This document shows positions 51,034 through 64,000 of a stretch of 64,000 bases of DNA, piece by piece; position 1 is the stretch's first letter; each line of letters begins with the position of its first letter. The DNA lies in NCBI RefSeq assembly GCF_009914755.1, contig NC_060935.1; one strand, given 5' to 3'. The notes below the pieces were generated by a model. It worked only from the letters and a program-made list of their open reading frames with translations. It was not told where the DNA came from and did no database searches. This DNA comes from the human T2T-CHM13v2.0 reference genome, Homo sapiens. Both the position numbers and the translations under genes were made by a program.

Positions 51034-51341
51034 CCAAGCTTGACTAAACGTCTGAAGACTTCTCACCAGGAGGTAGCGGCAGGTCTGGCACCCAGGGATG
51101 CCCACCACTTTTACTGTGTCCTCTTCCTCAGGACACGTAAGGTTTTTGTCCACCATATCTGGCACTGAGATAGACTCAACAGCCCCATCTTTCTTGGAGG
51201 CATCTTCACTTCCAGAGCCCCACTCCTCCTCTTCCTCCAGCTCCCTGCAAGGGGTCTCCTCCATCTCCTGCTCTGGTGTCTCCTCATCCTCAGGCAGCGT
51301 CTTAGCACCCAAAGGGGTCTCAAAGGTGGAAGTCTCAGACC
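51034..51341 (-). CDS. PRG2: PRG2 exon 3 (acidic pro-domain; start of mature MBP TCRYLL)
   Basis: CAG/GTGAGT, 308 nt, overlaps ORF 50941..51312. Confidence 0.98.
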
Positions 51342-51910
51342 CTGGCAGGGAGGATAGCTAAGTGTCCTTCCTTCACATCTCCCCTTGTTCCTCCCCAGAA
51401 CCACAGACAGCTCACACCTTGCCCTGGGCATCAGAGTGCTCAACTCTGCCTGGGAAGGGGAACCTGGAACCCAGTCTCTATGAGGGGAACCCAAGCTGCC
51501 TGACAAGGTCAAGGTGGTTAAGAGCATGGACTTAGAGTCGGGCAGTCATGGGCTTGGGTACTGGTTCCATCATCCACCAGCTGTATTTCTGTGAAATGGG
51601 TATACAATACCACCTACTTCATGGCGATGCTAAGAGAGTTAAAGGAGAGAAGGCACTCAGTAAGCTCAAAGTAAGCATAATGGAGAAAGGACAAAATTGG
51701 GAATGTCACAGTAGAACCAAGACCACAGACATAACAGACGCCTTGAGAAATCCTTTCAACTCCTGGCCATAGAGTCCCCATCCCTTTAAGCACACAGAAA
51801 TTCAGAAATAGAAGACGATCAAAGAAGGGGGTGGGTGTGTAACTCTGACCCCATCTACCATAGAAAGGGAAAAAACAGAGAAAGAAAGACTGAAGGCAAA
51901 AAACACTTAC

Positions 51911-51968
51911 TTAGATGAAGAGCAGAAACTGCCCCAAATAGAAGAGCCAGAAGTAGGGGGAGTTTCAT
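51911..51968 (-). CDS. PRG2: PRG2 exon 2 coding part, signal peptide MKLPLLLALLFGAVSALHL (exon starts at 51980)
   Basis: ATG at 51968, CAG acceptor at 51983-51981, GTAAGT donor. Confidence 0.97.
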
Positions 51969-52619
51969 CTTGGCTTTATCCTGCAACGGAGAACACAGTT
52001 TGTCATTGACACACACAGACACACATGCACACACATCACAATCACACCATTAGGGGACCGTGGGAGTGAGGTGGAGAAAAAGAAGGCCTGAATAGAAATC
52101 AGGATGGGCCAGAAAAGCTCATGCCAAGCCCAGCTCCTGATGCTCCAGGATCCAGGACGCAAGGACCTCTTTCTAAACAGAACGCAGCAAACCCTGAGGG
52201 GTGGCTGAGGCTGGCTTTCCTTCAGGCCCGGAAGTAAAGAAGGGACTATTACGCTTATTTGTTTGTACTTAATGGGTCCCTCAGAGTCTATGACATAAAA
52301 AAGGCGGGAGAAGCAATGATTATTGGCTTTCCTAGGAACACATAGGACTTAGAAGGTATGTCCCCTCCTCAGAGTTCAAGAAGCCACCCACACCCTCCTC
52401 CATGTCTCCACCATCTCCTTTCCCCAGCCAAGGAGCACTTTCACATCCCGCAGAAGGAATGTGCAAGGCAGAGGATGAAGGCTGCCCCTGCTGACATCCT
52501 CATAACCTGAAAGCCACAGGTAGACGCCTGCCAGCCCTCCAGAAACTGTCAGCCACAGCCAGGGACCTCCTGGGAGAATAAACTGTCACCAGCTCCACCA
52601 CAGCAGAGAAAGCACTCAC

Positions 52620-52675
52620 CCACCCAGAGACCTTCCTGGGTCTTTAGATCTTCCCAAAGCCCAGGTCCTTCTTTG
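52620..52675 (-). other. PRG2: PRG2 non-coding exon 1 (5' end approximate)
   Basis: GTGAGT donor at 52619; TATA box upstream. Confidence 0.8.
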
Positions 52676-52689
52676 CTTCCTCTCACAAA

Positions 52690-52795
52690 GACTTCTTATA
52701 TAGAGGCCTTGGAGGAACTTCCCCCAGGGAGAGAGAGTTTGCCTCTGTCAGAGGGAGATAGCAAGGCTGATAAGGACCATTTCATCACTTCCCTG
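52690..52795 (-). promoter_or_regulatory. PRG2: PRG2 proximal (eosinophil P2) promoter: TATATAA 52696-52702, PU.1-like GAGGAA 52712-52717, double GATA 52756-52761 and 52768-52773, C/EBP-like site 52779-52788
   Basis: Motifs visible in sequence; GATA1/C-EBP/PU.1 control of the MBP P2 promoter is established. Confidence 0.85.
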
Positions 52796-53814
52796 GGGAG
52801 CCCACTCATTCATTCAGTGAAGATTTCTCTCCCGATACCCACTTCAGGAACCCAGGGGCCATCTGGAACAGCTCTGGGCAATGGTTCTTATCCTGGGCTA
52901 CACTTCAGAATCGCCTTGGGTGCTTTTCCAAAATACATATCTCCCCTGTTTTACTGGTGTTTTGAACTGCCACAAACATTTTGAGAACAAATCTGTCCAT
53001 ACCTATTAAAATAAAAAAATGCACATTTGATCAGTTTCACTCTTTTGAGACTATCCTTTAGGCATAAATGCGCCTATAAGTAATAAAACTTTTACAGAGT
53101 TATGTTATTCCTTGACTATTTGTAGAAATGAAAACAATATTGATATCCATCAATCGGACACTGAGTAAAATGTGTCCTCTCTATTCTACAGAATGTTATA
53201 TGGCTATGAAAAGAAGAGCTGGACCTGTATCTATAAACCTGAAGAGATGTTTCTGTGACATGAAGTGAAAAAAGGCAAGATACTGAGGAAAGTATTTAGT
53301 ATGTGAATAGTTTTACAAGGAAAAAAAAAACCCCCGCATAGGTGCTTATCTGTGAGCATCCTTATGTGACCATTGATGGAGGGAATGCTAAAAGGAATCA
53401 CACCAAATAGTTGACCTTGTTGCCTCCAGAAGCAGGGGAGGAGAGGGAAGAAAGCAGGAGACAGATTGTTGTTTATCTTCTTTTTATAACTTTGCATTTC
53501 TTCAGTGGTTATGGTAAATGCGTGCTGAATCTGTAATTTTGAGGCTGCCTTATTAAAGATTTTTAAAAATATGCAGATGCCCTGCCCAGAAACTTCTGCT
53601 TGGCTAATAGGTCTAGCGTGAAGGTCAGATGTCTGCATTTTTTTAAAAGCTTCCCAGCTGACTGTGATGGAAGATGGGTCTAGGAGTCACTGTCCTGAGG
53701 ATCTTCAAGTACAGGAAATGTTCACGTATGTCTAACTTCCTTCCTTCTGAATCAGACCACTCAGTTGGCCAACCTACCAGCCTTCATTATGGTAACATTT
53801 ACTGAACATTTTTA

Positions 53815-54117
<303 letters not shown>

Positions 54118-57100
54118 TCAATCATCAATCAACAAAATACTGTTCATGGCAAGTATTACCTCATTTAACCTGATTTTAAAAACCTAGTGAGGTAGGTGGT
54201 TGATACCCCATTTTCCAAGTGAGACAACCCAGGCTCTGTGTGGCTCCTGATCTCCCCGCAACACTGCCCTTATTGGATCGATGCCCTGTATACACCCTCT
54301 TGTAGCTCCAGGGGCTTGTCCTTATCACAGTTAGTCATTTTACTTTTCTTGTGAGATTACTTGGTTAATGGATTAACATCTGTCTTCCTTCGTGATGGTG
54401 AAGGCTGCATCTCTTAACTCACCATTGTATCCTTGGTGCTTAGTACAGTGCCCGGCACATAGTAGGTACTCAATAAATATACATTGAAGTAATTAATGGT
54501 TAAGTAACGTACTCACGTAAACAACAGGGTTAGAATTCAAATCCAGTTCTTTCTGGCACCAAACTTCTCTCCCCTCCCATATGCCTGCTTGTGTGTCAAA
54601 AATGATGCTATCCAGGTGGAGATAAAATCAGAGTGAAGCATAGATCCTGTATTCAATTAGCTTACAACCTAATTTGTAAGATGAGTAAATTGAGGTCAAA
54701 CAAAAGGAGAAGGGTTAAGACCAAGCTAGGAAACATCCTCTGCTAATTCAGAAGGAAGTCCATGCATAGTAAAACAGAGCAGAAAAGGCTCCATGAACCA
54801 AGGAGCTGATTCCTACCTGGATGGAAAGATGCAATTAGAAGGGAAGGAAACAGGCATTTCAAGTAGAAGGAACAGCTTGAGCAAAGGTGTGGAGGTTGGA
54901 CAGCCTTGGTATATGCACAGGACACTGTAATTTCCTTCATAACTAAAGTTAACAGTACACACATTGGGAAGGAATGAGAAAAACGAGGAACGATGCATTT
55001 CATCTTGAGCCGAGGATGGAGATAACCCTCCCCTGTCTCCATTGATTTAAAAAGACAGAAGCAGGAATCAAAGGAATACTCAACAAGAGCCTAGTCAGGA
55101 GCTTTGAGCTGGGCTCTGCGCACTCCCATCTGCAAGCCCTCCCCACAGGACCTCTTTGGCTGTTGGACAGAGGATTACTGTCATAAGGTGATGAGAGGGA
55201 GCCCATTCTTGGAAACCAGTTGACTGTTCAGGGACCCTCACTCCTAGGGAAGTCTCTCTTTTAGGTCATACAATCCAGGATCTGAAATCCACAGCTTAGC
55301 AACCCTGAAAATTTCATCAACATTCACTGGAAGTATACAGCAGTGTCTGAGAGGGTGGCTTCTGGAGTCAGACAGTCCAAGTCAGACTCAGATTGACTGG
55401 GTCTAGCACTTAATAGCTGCGTGTCGTGTCCTGGGCAAGTTCCTTAAACTTTCTGTACCTCATATCATCATTTATGAAGTAGAGATGACAATACCTACCT
55501 CACTGGGTAGTGTGAGAAATGAATGAGATAATTCACATGTAGCATGCATGCTGTGAGCTGCCCAGTCACCTCACCCCTTCCTGTGGTTTCTTGGATTCCA
55601 TTTCCTATGGATCTTGGTGGAGGACAGGCCTCTCATTTTTGAAGACAAAAGTTCCTAATAGATTTTCAGCTTCCTTTGCAGCTAACGCATATGACTGGGC
55701 TCTATCAAAGAGAAGAAGCATCTATTCAAGATTTTGAATCTGGAGCTAGTGACCAAAAAGATGGAGGCCAAGAAGGCCTCTCTCTGGCGGTGGCGTTGAC
55801 AAGATTGAGTTCCTGGAGTTGCAGTACCCACAGAGGCACTGCAGGATACATTGATCCAGGGTCTGAGCCCTACAACATCCTGGGTGCCAGACACAAGGTC
55901 TAGGTCTCAGCAGCAGTGGGATCCTCCCTAGACCTGTTCTGCAGCCTGACTTTGGCTCCATGTCTGGTTTTCCGGCCCTTCCTGCAATTTCATGAGCTAC
56001 TCCGTTTCCTTTCAGTCCTGGATTTTTCTACTTAGATCAGCCAAGGAGAGTTTCTGCTGCCTGCCATTAAGAGCCCTGACTGATGCAGCATTTAGCACAG
56101 AAACTGGTATTTAGTAATTGCTTAGTAAATGAATGCTACCCAGGGTCTTTGAGTGTGACCAGCATTAATCAAACTTTCAAGAGACTGATGTCTACTTTTG
56201 GTGCCAATGACATAAATGAGGTTGAACGGTACTCACAAGGGGCCCACTTGCCCAGGCTCTCTGATAAGCACATTCTTTCCCTGCATCACAACTGTGGTGT
56301 GCTCAGGACTTGAATTTCAAATGGGAGCGAAGAGCTGGAGGCCTTGGGGTCCAGTGCCTTTGAGCAAGAGAACGATACCCATCATCTCCGTTTAATCCTC
56401 AGCCCTGCCTCCTTCCCCAAGAAATGTTGACTCAACACTGCAGGATCCTGAATCTTAGGCATCCTCCTTTCTAGCCCTAAAGTTACTACAGAGCTTGGAG
56501 GTTCCTAAACAGACTCAGTCAATCCTCTCCATACCAGCACTTCCAAAGGGGACCTGACAGATCACCTCTGCATTTAATCTTTTCTGATCTAATTCTCGGG
56601 GGGCTCATCCCAACTTTAGGCTTGTGGGGGAGTGTGCTGTAGCTCCTGGTACAAGCTGTCCAGGGTCAGACCTGGTACTGAGGGGTCTGCTCTTCTACAA
56701 GAGTGGGCTGTTGCAACAGGAGAAAAACATGTGTGCACCAGGCAGAGCAGAGATCACCTTGGAGATGGTGTCAATACCAAGGAGCTCTTGGGATGCCCCT
56801 CCCATGCCCAACCCCCAACACATGACAGCTTAAAGACTAAAAAAACCACCACAGCTCCAGATATGCAGCTCACACTATTCAGCCCTCACCTCCACCTGCA
56901 TCCCTCCCCACACCCTGCAGCAGAGCTTTTCAACCTGGAAACTATGAATAGGCTTCAAGGGACCATGAACCCTGCAATTATAGAAAACATGGTGTGATGT
57001 TTCTAGGGTGAAGGTCCAAACCCTCCATGAGATTCTTTGATGACTTCCCAAAAGGCAAGAGAACCTCTAACTTTACTGAGTGATTTTTTTCTGGAAGAAC

Positions 57101-57152
57101 CAAGAATGACATTCCACTGTTCTTCACCAATAAAGTCCTGCTTGGCCCTTTT

Positions 57153-57739
57153 GACAGGCAGAATTCAGTTGTCCCCTGGTGCACTGCGCATAATCCCTGG
57201 GACTGTAAATATGATGGATTTTACTCCTGTGGTTGTGTGATGTTACATGCCACAGTTGACTTTAAGGACAAGGAACTGCCCTCTATGGGTATGATCTAAT
57301 CAGGTGATCCCATAAAAGAGACAGGGCTCTCTTCCTGAAGTCAGAGAGTCCAACCATGTGGGTGATTCAATCCAAGGGAAATTCTCCATCACTGGCTTCA
57401 AGGATGGAAAAGACCACGCACGTGGCAAGCAATGTGGGCAGCCTCGAGGACCTGAGAGCAGCCCTCATCTGACAGTCAGCAAGAAAACAGGACCTCAGCC
57501 CTGCAACTCCAGGGAACAGAATTCTGCCACAACCACGTGAGCCTGGAAGAGAACCCTAAACTCCAGATGAGCACACAGCCCAGACAACATCTTGATTTTA
57601 GCCTTGTGAGACCCTGAGCAGAAAACCTAGCCATGCTGGGCCCACACTGCTGATGAACTCACGATGAGCTAATAAACATGAGTTGTTTGAAGCTGCTAAA
57701 TTTGAGGCAATTTGTTATGCAGAATAGAAGACTAATACA
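57153..57739 (+). mobile_element. MLT1E/F-like MaLR solo LTR
   Basis: MLT1 body and 3' end ...TTTGTTATGCAGAATAGAAGACTAATACA. Confidence 0.75.
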
Positions 57740-60091
57740 GCCCTCAAGGCCCATCTCCCTCCCACGGTGAAATTTACAGTGGGTGTAGGGATTGGCAGAG
57801 AAGGGTCCCACAGGAACGGGCTGAGGAGCTGCTGGAAAATAACGAAGGTACAGCAGAGAGGTAAGATGGACACTGAGAAAGGGAGGTTTGATTCAGGCCA
57901 GAGATCCCACCATTCTCTCCCTCAGACCATAGGAAGCCAGGTGGCCCTTCTAGTTACATGTTCTGCTCCAGGATTCTCTCCCCACCCTCAGAAAAGTGAC
58001 AGACTCCAGGGACCTGATCTCTGGGGCTGATCAACTGCTTGTTAACTGGGCTTGGCCAACATCCCCACGGGGCAGATAAAAGCTGGTGAAAGAGCTAACG
58101 CCACTGCAAGGGTGAATGGCTCGGGAGATATGGACTGGGCGGTTGTTCTGTGAAATCGGCCTGGACAACAGTTCCCCATTTGGATGCCCCAACAATTGAC
58201 ATAGACCAAGACGATTGGCATGTGAGATCTGGAAGGCCCCTTAGAAACGAACCAGCACAGTCCCCACGTCTCAGATGGGTTCTTCCCGCTTCCTCAGGAA
58301 GTGACATTATCCTCTTTCCCCTCCAGGAACCTCTGCTCCCAGAGACCATGAACACTCAGTGAGCTTAGAAGGAATATGTCTTTGCAGTAATTGCCTCCCC
58401 TGCCCCATCTTCTACCTTCCCCAGTCCGTCTACTTCTCCCTATCTCTGCTGCCACCTCACTAGCCCCTGCGACCATATTTGATAACATGTATCACAGGCC
58501 ATTGTCCCCATGCTTCCCATTCAAAGTCTTCCCACATAGTAGCAATTAACCCAAACCCATTACCACCATCTGCAAAGTCTTTCATGATCAGGCTCTTGTC
58601 TACAAGCTCAAACTCACTGGCATGACAAGTGACCCTTGTCATCCTGGTCCCAGCTCCACTGGCCAAGCTAAAGCATTTGTACTGGTTAAAAGGCCACCTC
58701 CTCAGATAAGCCTTCTCCGAGAACTCTTTCTAAAAGAAGCCCACCCACCCCACTCTCCTATTTGGTACTTTTGTTACACATCATCACATTTATTTCCACA
58801 AGAACATTTACCAAAATGATATAATCTTGCTTTCTTACTGGTTTCTTGTTTATTATCTCTCTCCTTCAGAAAGCAAACTTCATGACAACAAGGACCTTGT
58901 CTGTCTTGTTCACTGCCTATAACTCTGCCCAGGTCATAGAAGGAGTTTTTCCATTACATAATGAATTAATTAATCAATTGACTAATCAACTTGAACTTTA
59001 CCCCCTGGAGAAAGTTTAGCTGAGTTTAGATCAGAGCACACATGCATTTATTTCGATTCTACAGGTATTTTCTGAGCCTCATCCACCATGGACACAAGCC
59101 TCTACCAGGCTCTGGATCATCGATTGATTCATTCATTTATTCAACAAATACTTAAAGAGAATCTCTAGTTGCAGGGAGGTTTAAGGTAGCTGATAAATAA
59201 GGCAAACAGAACGAGCATATTAGTAAAACAAGGCAATATATTGAGGAGATACTCAGAAGTGTAGAACTAACATGAATGGAAGAGACACACATTTTCAGTG
59301 TTGTCAGGATCACTTAAAGTGTGACGGCAGGCAGAGAAGGCTTGCTTGAGGAGGTAGCGCTTAGCCTGGGCTCAACAGACTGACAGATAGGATAGGATAA
59401 GCAGAGGAGAAGTGGGATGGCATTTCTAGGGGCCAACCATCTCCTGGTAGTGCTGGAATTTGAGCCAGGATATGGATGATTTTGTGTTTCTTGGAGGTTA
59501 AGTCAATGAGTGAGCTGGCTTCTCTGCTTTGCACCAAAGCCAAGCTCCTCCAGCAAGTGGTGTAGACTCGCTGGCCACTTCCTCAACACCCTCTTCCTCC
59601 TCTTACCATAGCAGTCTTGTTTCTGTTATCCCTATTGCTCCACCAAAACTGCTTTTGCCCAGGTGCCCACTGACTACCCCATTGCCAAACCCAACAGACA
59701 TTCTTCAGTTCTTATCCTACTTGACCTCTGCAGTAGTGATACCTCTTCACTTCCCCCTTCTTAAGAACTGCTTCCCTTCTCAGTAGCCTTTGTGGCCATT
59801 CCCTCCCAATTTCTGTTGGCAGGCTCCTCTTATTCTTCCAGATGGTTAAATATTGGGGATCACCTGGCTTCTTGGTGCACGTCTCTCCTAATTCTGCACA
59901 CCCACCACGGGTTATGTCATCTACTCTTGTGGCTCAAGCTACCAAATATATACGCAGATCATTCCCAAGTCTTCATCTCCAGCCCCAGGCCTGTTTCTGA
60001 GCTGCAGACTCACACATATGGTCACCCAAGATGCTTCTCCACTTGGATGTCCCATGGACATTGTGAGTCCAACACATCTCAGACTGAACTC

Positions 60092-60092
<1 letters not shown>

Positions 60093-60127
<35 letters not shown>
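60093..60127. repeat. (CA)n microsatellite
   Basis: Direct inspection. Confidence 0.9.
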
Positions 60128-62078
60128 AACCTGCTTCACTTTTTGTGGTCACTTTCTCAGGAGAAACCATCACCTTCCAACTAGACCTGCAAGGCAGGAC
60201 TCTGGTCATCCTTCACCCCTCCTGCCCATCATCCACACATTAGTTAGTTATAGTGCTTTCTTCACCATCTCATCCAGCCACCCATCCCCATTGCCTCTGC
60301 CACTTTCCTAGTCACCTGCTGACCGTTTTTCACCTGGATCATTTCAGTGGCTCCCAAATTACTTTCCCTGCCTCCAGTCTTACCACCCTCCTCCACCTCT
60401 GATGCACTGTCTACAAGCAGCCAAAATGAGCTTTCTAAAACCCAGAGCTAATCACACCAGCACTTTCCAATTACTCCTTCTTGCTCTCAGGCACAGTCTC
60501 CTTATGTTTTAGCGCCTACTTACCTAAACCTCTCAACACTGTGGACATTTTTGACTGGATACTTTTTTGTTACAGAGGCCTGTCCTGTGCATTGTTAGAT
60601 GTTTAGCAGCCTCTCTAGCCTCTACCAAAAAGATACTAGTAGTACCTTCTCGGCTGGGCTGTGACAATCAAAAAATGTCTGCAGACATTACCAAATGTCC
60701 CCTCTGAGGCAAAACTATGCTCAGTTGAGAACCACTTCTTGACAACCTCAATTCTCCCCCTCACCACACACACACAGTGCTCCAATCATGTTGAACACCC
60801 TGCTATTTTCCTAACATGCCATGATCACCCATATTTTGTCACATGTCATTTCATCTGCCCAGAATGCCCTTTCCTCCCTAACCACTGCGCTCTTTCCTTT
60901 TCTTCATCGAAGTTTCAGCCAAGGATCACCTCTTCCAGGAAGCCTGCCTTGGCTCTCCCAGAGAAAGGTAGCAAGGACACTAATCAGGGCTTCTCTCTAG
61001 TCCAGCCCTCTTCCCACCTCATTGTAGCAATCTTCTTGCTGTTTCCCCAGTAGAGCCAGAGCCTTGCTTCCTTCACCTGTGCCTCTCTGGTCCTGCACAG
61101 TTCTGGAAACACAGTACAGGCTCAATTCATGTTTGCTGTGTAAGTGAATAAATGAAGAAAAGCAATTTTTGTTTAAGCTTGTCAAAGATTGAGTTGGGCT
61201 CCCTGAAATGAGACCTTAGGCAGAAATTTTAATAACGATAACAACAGCAGCAACTAATATTTAGGAAGTGTTTCTAGGTGCTAAGTATGTTAAGTGCTCC
61301 ATATTATTCAACCTTCTAAACAACTCTAGGACACAAGTGCCATTAAACTACCTAAATTACAGACAAACAGCTGATCCTGGGAATGGTTAAGTCATTTTCC
61401 AGGTAAGTGTCAGAGCCAGGATCCGAATGGAGCGGCTGCACTCTTGTCCGTGACTCACTTCCCCTGTGGTGGTGAATAACTAGCACAAAGCCATTTACAT
61501 ACGTTGTTTAATGTAACTTACCCTGTAAGTTGCATGGGGCAGGTGATGATTTGGAAAGCACAAAGAATGTGGTCCTCGGATGTTAAAAGACCCTGGTTAA
61601 AAAATAAAAATAAAAAAATAAAAAAATAAAAGACCCTGGTTCCATTCTTGGCTCTGCTGCCCATAAGCTGGACCTCCTTGGCAGTTCCCTCATCCCCCCA
61701 GTCTCCTGTTGCTCATCTGTGAGTTGTTAAGGATGACCACCTCACAGATGTTGCAGGGCTTGAGGAGGACCAATTGAAATGTGGTGGTACAATAATCTAC
61801 TAAGTGCCTGAAACATGGTGCCCCCAACAAACAAACAACAATGCTGAATATTGTCCTATGTTAGGGATAGAAAAAGCAAGGCTTGGAAAACTTAAGTGAT
61901 AGTCCAAATTTTGCATGCCAGCAAACGGTGGAGCTTGGAAAAGAACTCTAAGTCTTCCGTTGGCCATGAGGAGAAATTTTCTGAGCCTCTTCTGCATAAA
62001 TGCTCATTACCGTGTGAGACACATCACAGTCCTCACCATCAGGGAACTAGAAGCTCAGAGCTGGGATTGTAGGTTGAA

Positions 62079-62125
62079 TCTCTCTCTCTCTCTCTCCCTC
62101 TCCTCTCTCTCTCTCTCTCTCTCTC
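62079..62125. repeat. (CT)n microsatellite
   Basis: Direct inspection. Confidence 0.9.
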
Positions 62126-62465
62126 ATGTCCAGTATTTACTGAGCCTCCATTCTGTGCTAAGTAGGGTACAAAGTTCTCAGGATACAGTAGGCAATACAA
62201 AATATACAGCTGCTGCCTGCGTGGAGTTCCCAAATGAAAGCCTAATGGAAGACACAACTGAATATTTTTAAAATCCTATGATGGTACATTAAACTGCAAC
62301 TGTGACAAGCTCTATGCCAGAGAGGTACCTGGTGCTATGAAAACCAGTACTAGGTAACAGTACAGAAAGGAAGGGATATCTGAGCTGAGAACTGAGGGAA
62401 CTATAGGAGTTAGCTATAGGTTGGGTAGGACACATTCCACAGAAACACAATAAAACTGTTTCACA

Positions 62466-62758
62466 GCCAGGTGCGGTGGCTCATGCCAGTAATCCCAGCA
62501 CTTTGGGAGTCTGAGTTGGGCAGATCACAAGGTCAGGAGTTTGAGACCAGTCTGGCCAATATGGTGAAACCCCGTCTCTACTAAAAATACCAAAAAAAAT
62601 TAGCTGGCGTGGTGGCACATGCCTGTAATCCCAGCTACTCGGGAGGCTGAGACAGGAGAATTGCTTGAAGGCAGAAGTTGCGGTGAGCCAAGATCGTGCC
62701 ACTGCACTCCAGCCTGGGTGACAGAGCGAGACTCTGTCTCAAAACAAACAAACAAAAA
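62466..62758 (+). mobile_element. Alu (S-type)
   Basis: Alu consensus; TSD AAAACTGTTTCAC. Confidence 0.95.
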
Positions 62759-63902
62759 AACTGTTTCACTGTCATGTAGCGTACTTGACCTGTAATGTGA
62801 TTTTGCGTATGTAATAAAAATTAGTAGCTGCCATTAATGAAGGACCTACTATGTGCCAGGGCCGAGCACTTTTCACGTAGAGCCTTACTTATCCTTATTA
62901 CTCTCTGAGGTAGGCATTATAGGTAGCAAACAAAGGCACTAAGATGCTTCATGACTCCTACAAGGACACCCAATCTAAGAACGTGATAACAGGACCCAGA
63001 TCTGTCTGCCTGCACTCTTCCCCAGCCCAGGGCTCTGAAAGGAATTCATAGCCCTGCCCCTGGTAATTGACATTTCTGTGTGCTTGGATTCTCTCCATTG
63101 ACTGCTGGGGAGACAAAAGTATCGCAAAAATTGAATATGAAGATTGATATTTTTCATTGACTTTGGCTTAAGATTTGGGGTAACTCGAAAGTCTTTTTTT
63201 TTTTTTGCCTTTGAAGTTTTCCCATTCCAAGTAATAAAGAACTTGTGTTGTTTTGTTCAGTGGAGACAAGCTAAAGCGAGTGCTTGCAGGGAGGTTTTCT
63301 ATCCTGAACTATAATAGTGGCATTCCAGACTCCACAAGGTGTGAAGTGTGGTGCACGCTCTGAAGGGCACACAGATGTTACTAATAACACCTGCAGCCAC
63401 ACACAGCACACCTGCTACAAGCCAGGTGGTTTATATTGATCACTCACTACATGCCAGGTCCCCTTTGAAGTGCTTGACGTTCATCCAGCCACTCAATCCT
63501 TACAACTCTATAAAGTATTCCTATTGTTACTCCATTTTACAGATGAAGCAGCGGAGGTACCAGGAATCTAAGTGCCAGAGCTTGTGTGGGGAGGAACTGG
63601 AAGTTGGTCTTGGACAGTCCATCTCCAGAGCCCAAGCTGCTGCTACCTTTTATTCCCAAGGTTACTCTCTAGTCCTTGCAACAAACTGCCGTGGTACCTA
63701 TTTCCATTACAGGTGAGGAAACTGAGGTTCAGGGTGGTTAAGGTCACACAGCTGATCAGTGCCTGCAAAGCCCAGAGCTTTCCCACACACCCTACTGCTC
63801 TAGCCAGCCTGCAGGCCTGGGAGGTGACACTGGACCCAGGAAAGAATATGCTGAGGGGCCTGTGAGCAGATGTTTGGGATTAGAACATAAAAACTCAAAA
63901 TT

Positions 63903-64000
63903 GGGCGGGCCACGGTGGCTCATGCCTGTAATCCCAGTATTTTGGGAGGCCGAGGCGGGAGGATCACGAGGTCAAGAGATCAAGACCATCCTGTCCAACA
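63903..64000 (+). mobile_element. Alu, cut by the window end
   Basis: Alu left arm. Confidence 0.9.

Overview
Human genomic DNA. It is recognisable from the encoded proteins as the P2RX3-PRG3-PRG2 locus (11q12). The + strand carries the complete 12-exon CDS of the sensory-neuron ATP-gated channel P2RX3 (45..31489; exons sum to 1194 nt = 397 aa + stop). The - strand carries the tandem eosinophil paralogues PRG3/MBP2 (CDS 38882..42737, 225 aa) and PRG2/MBP1 (CDS 49500..51968, 222 aa). All their coding splice junctions were checked by hand for GT-AG and frame. The rest is intronic or intergenic DNA rich in Alu, L1, MIR/L2, MaLR/ERVL LTR and hAT relics; repeat subfamily names were assigned by eye and most boundaries are approximate. 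Best leads: (1) a near-canonical REST/RE1 silencer in PRG3 intron 2, with a decayed copy at the same position in PRG2; (2) a ~1 kb strand-asymmetric G-rich VNTR just past a weak CATAAA poly(A) signal of PRG3, facing convergent P2RX3; (3) three local templated duplications; (4) candidate alternative 3' ends for PRG2 (LTR poly(A) signal, stop-free last intron); (5) a perfect CTCF core and inverted Alus around P2RX3 exon 7. No new protein-coding gene, RNA gene or CRISPR array is supported.
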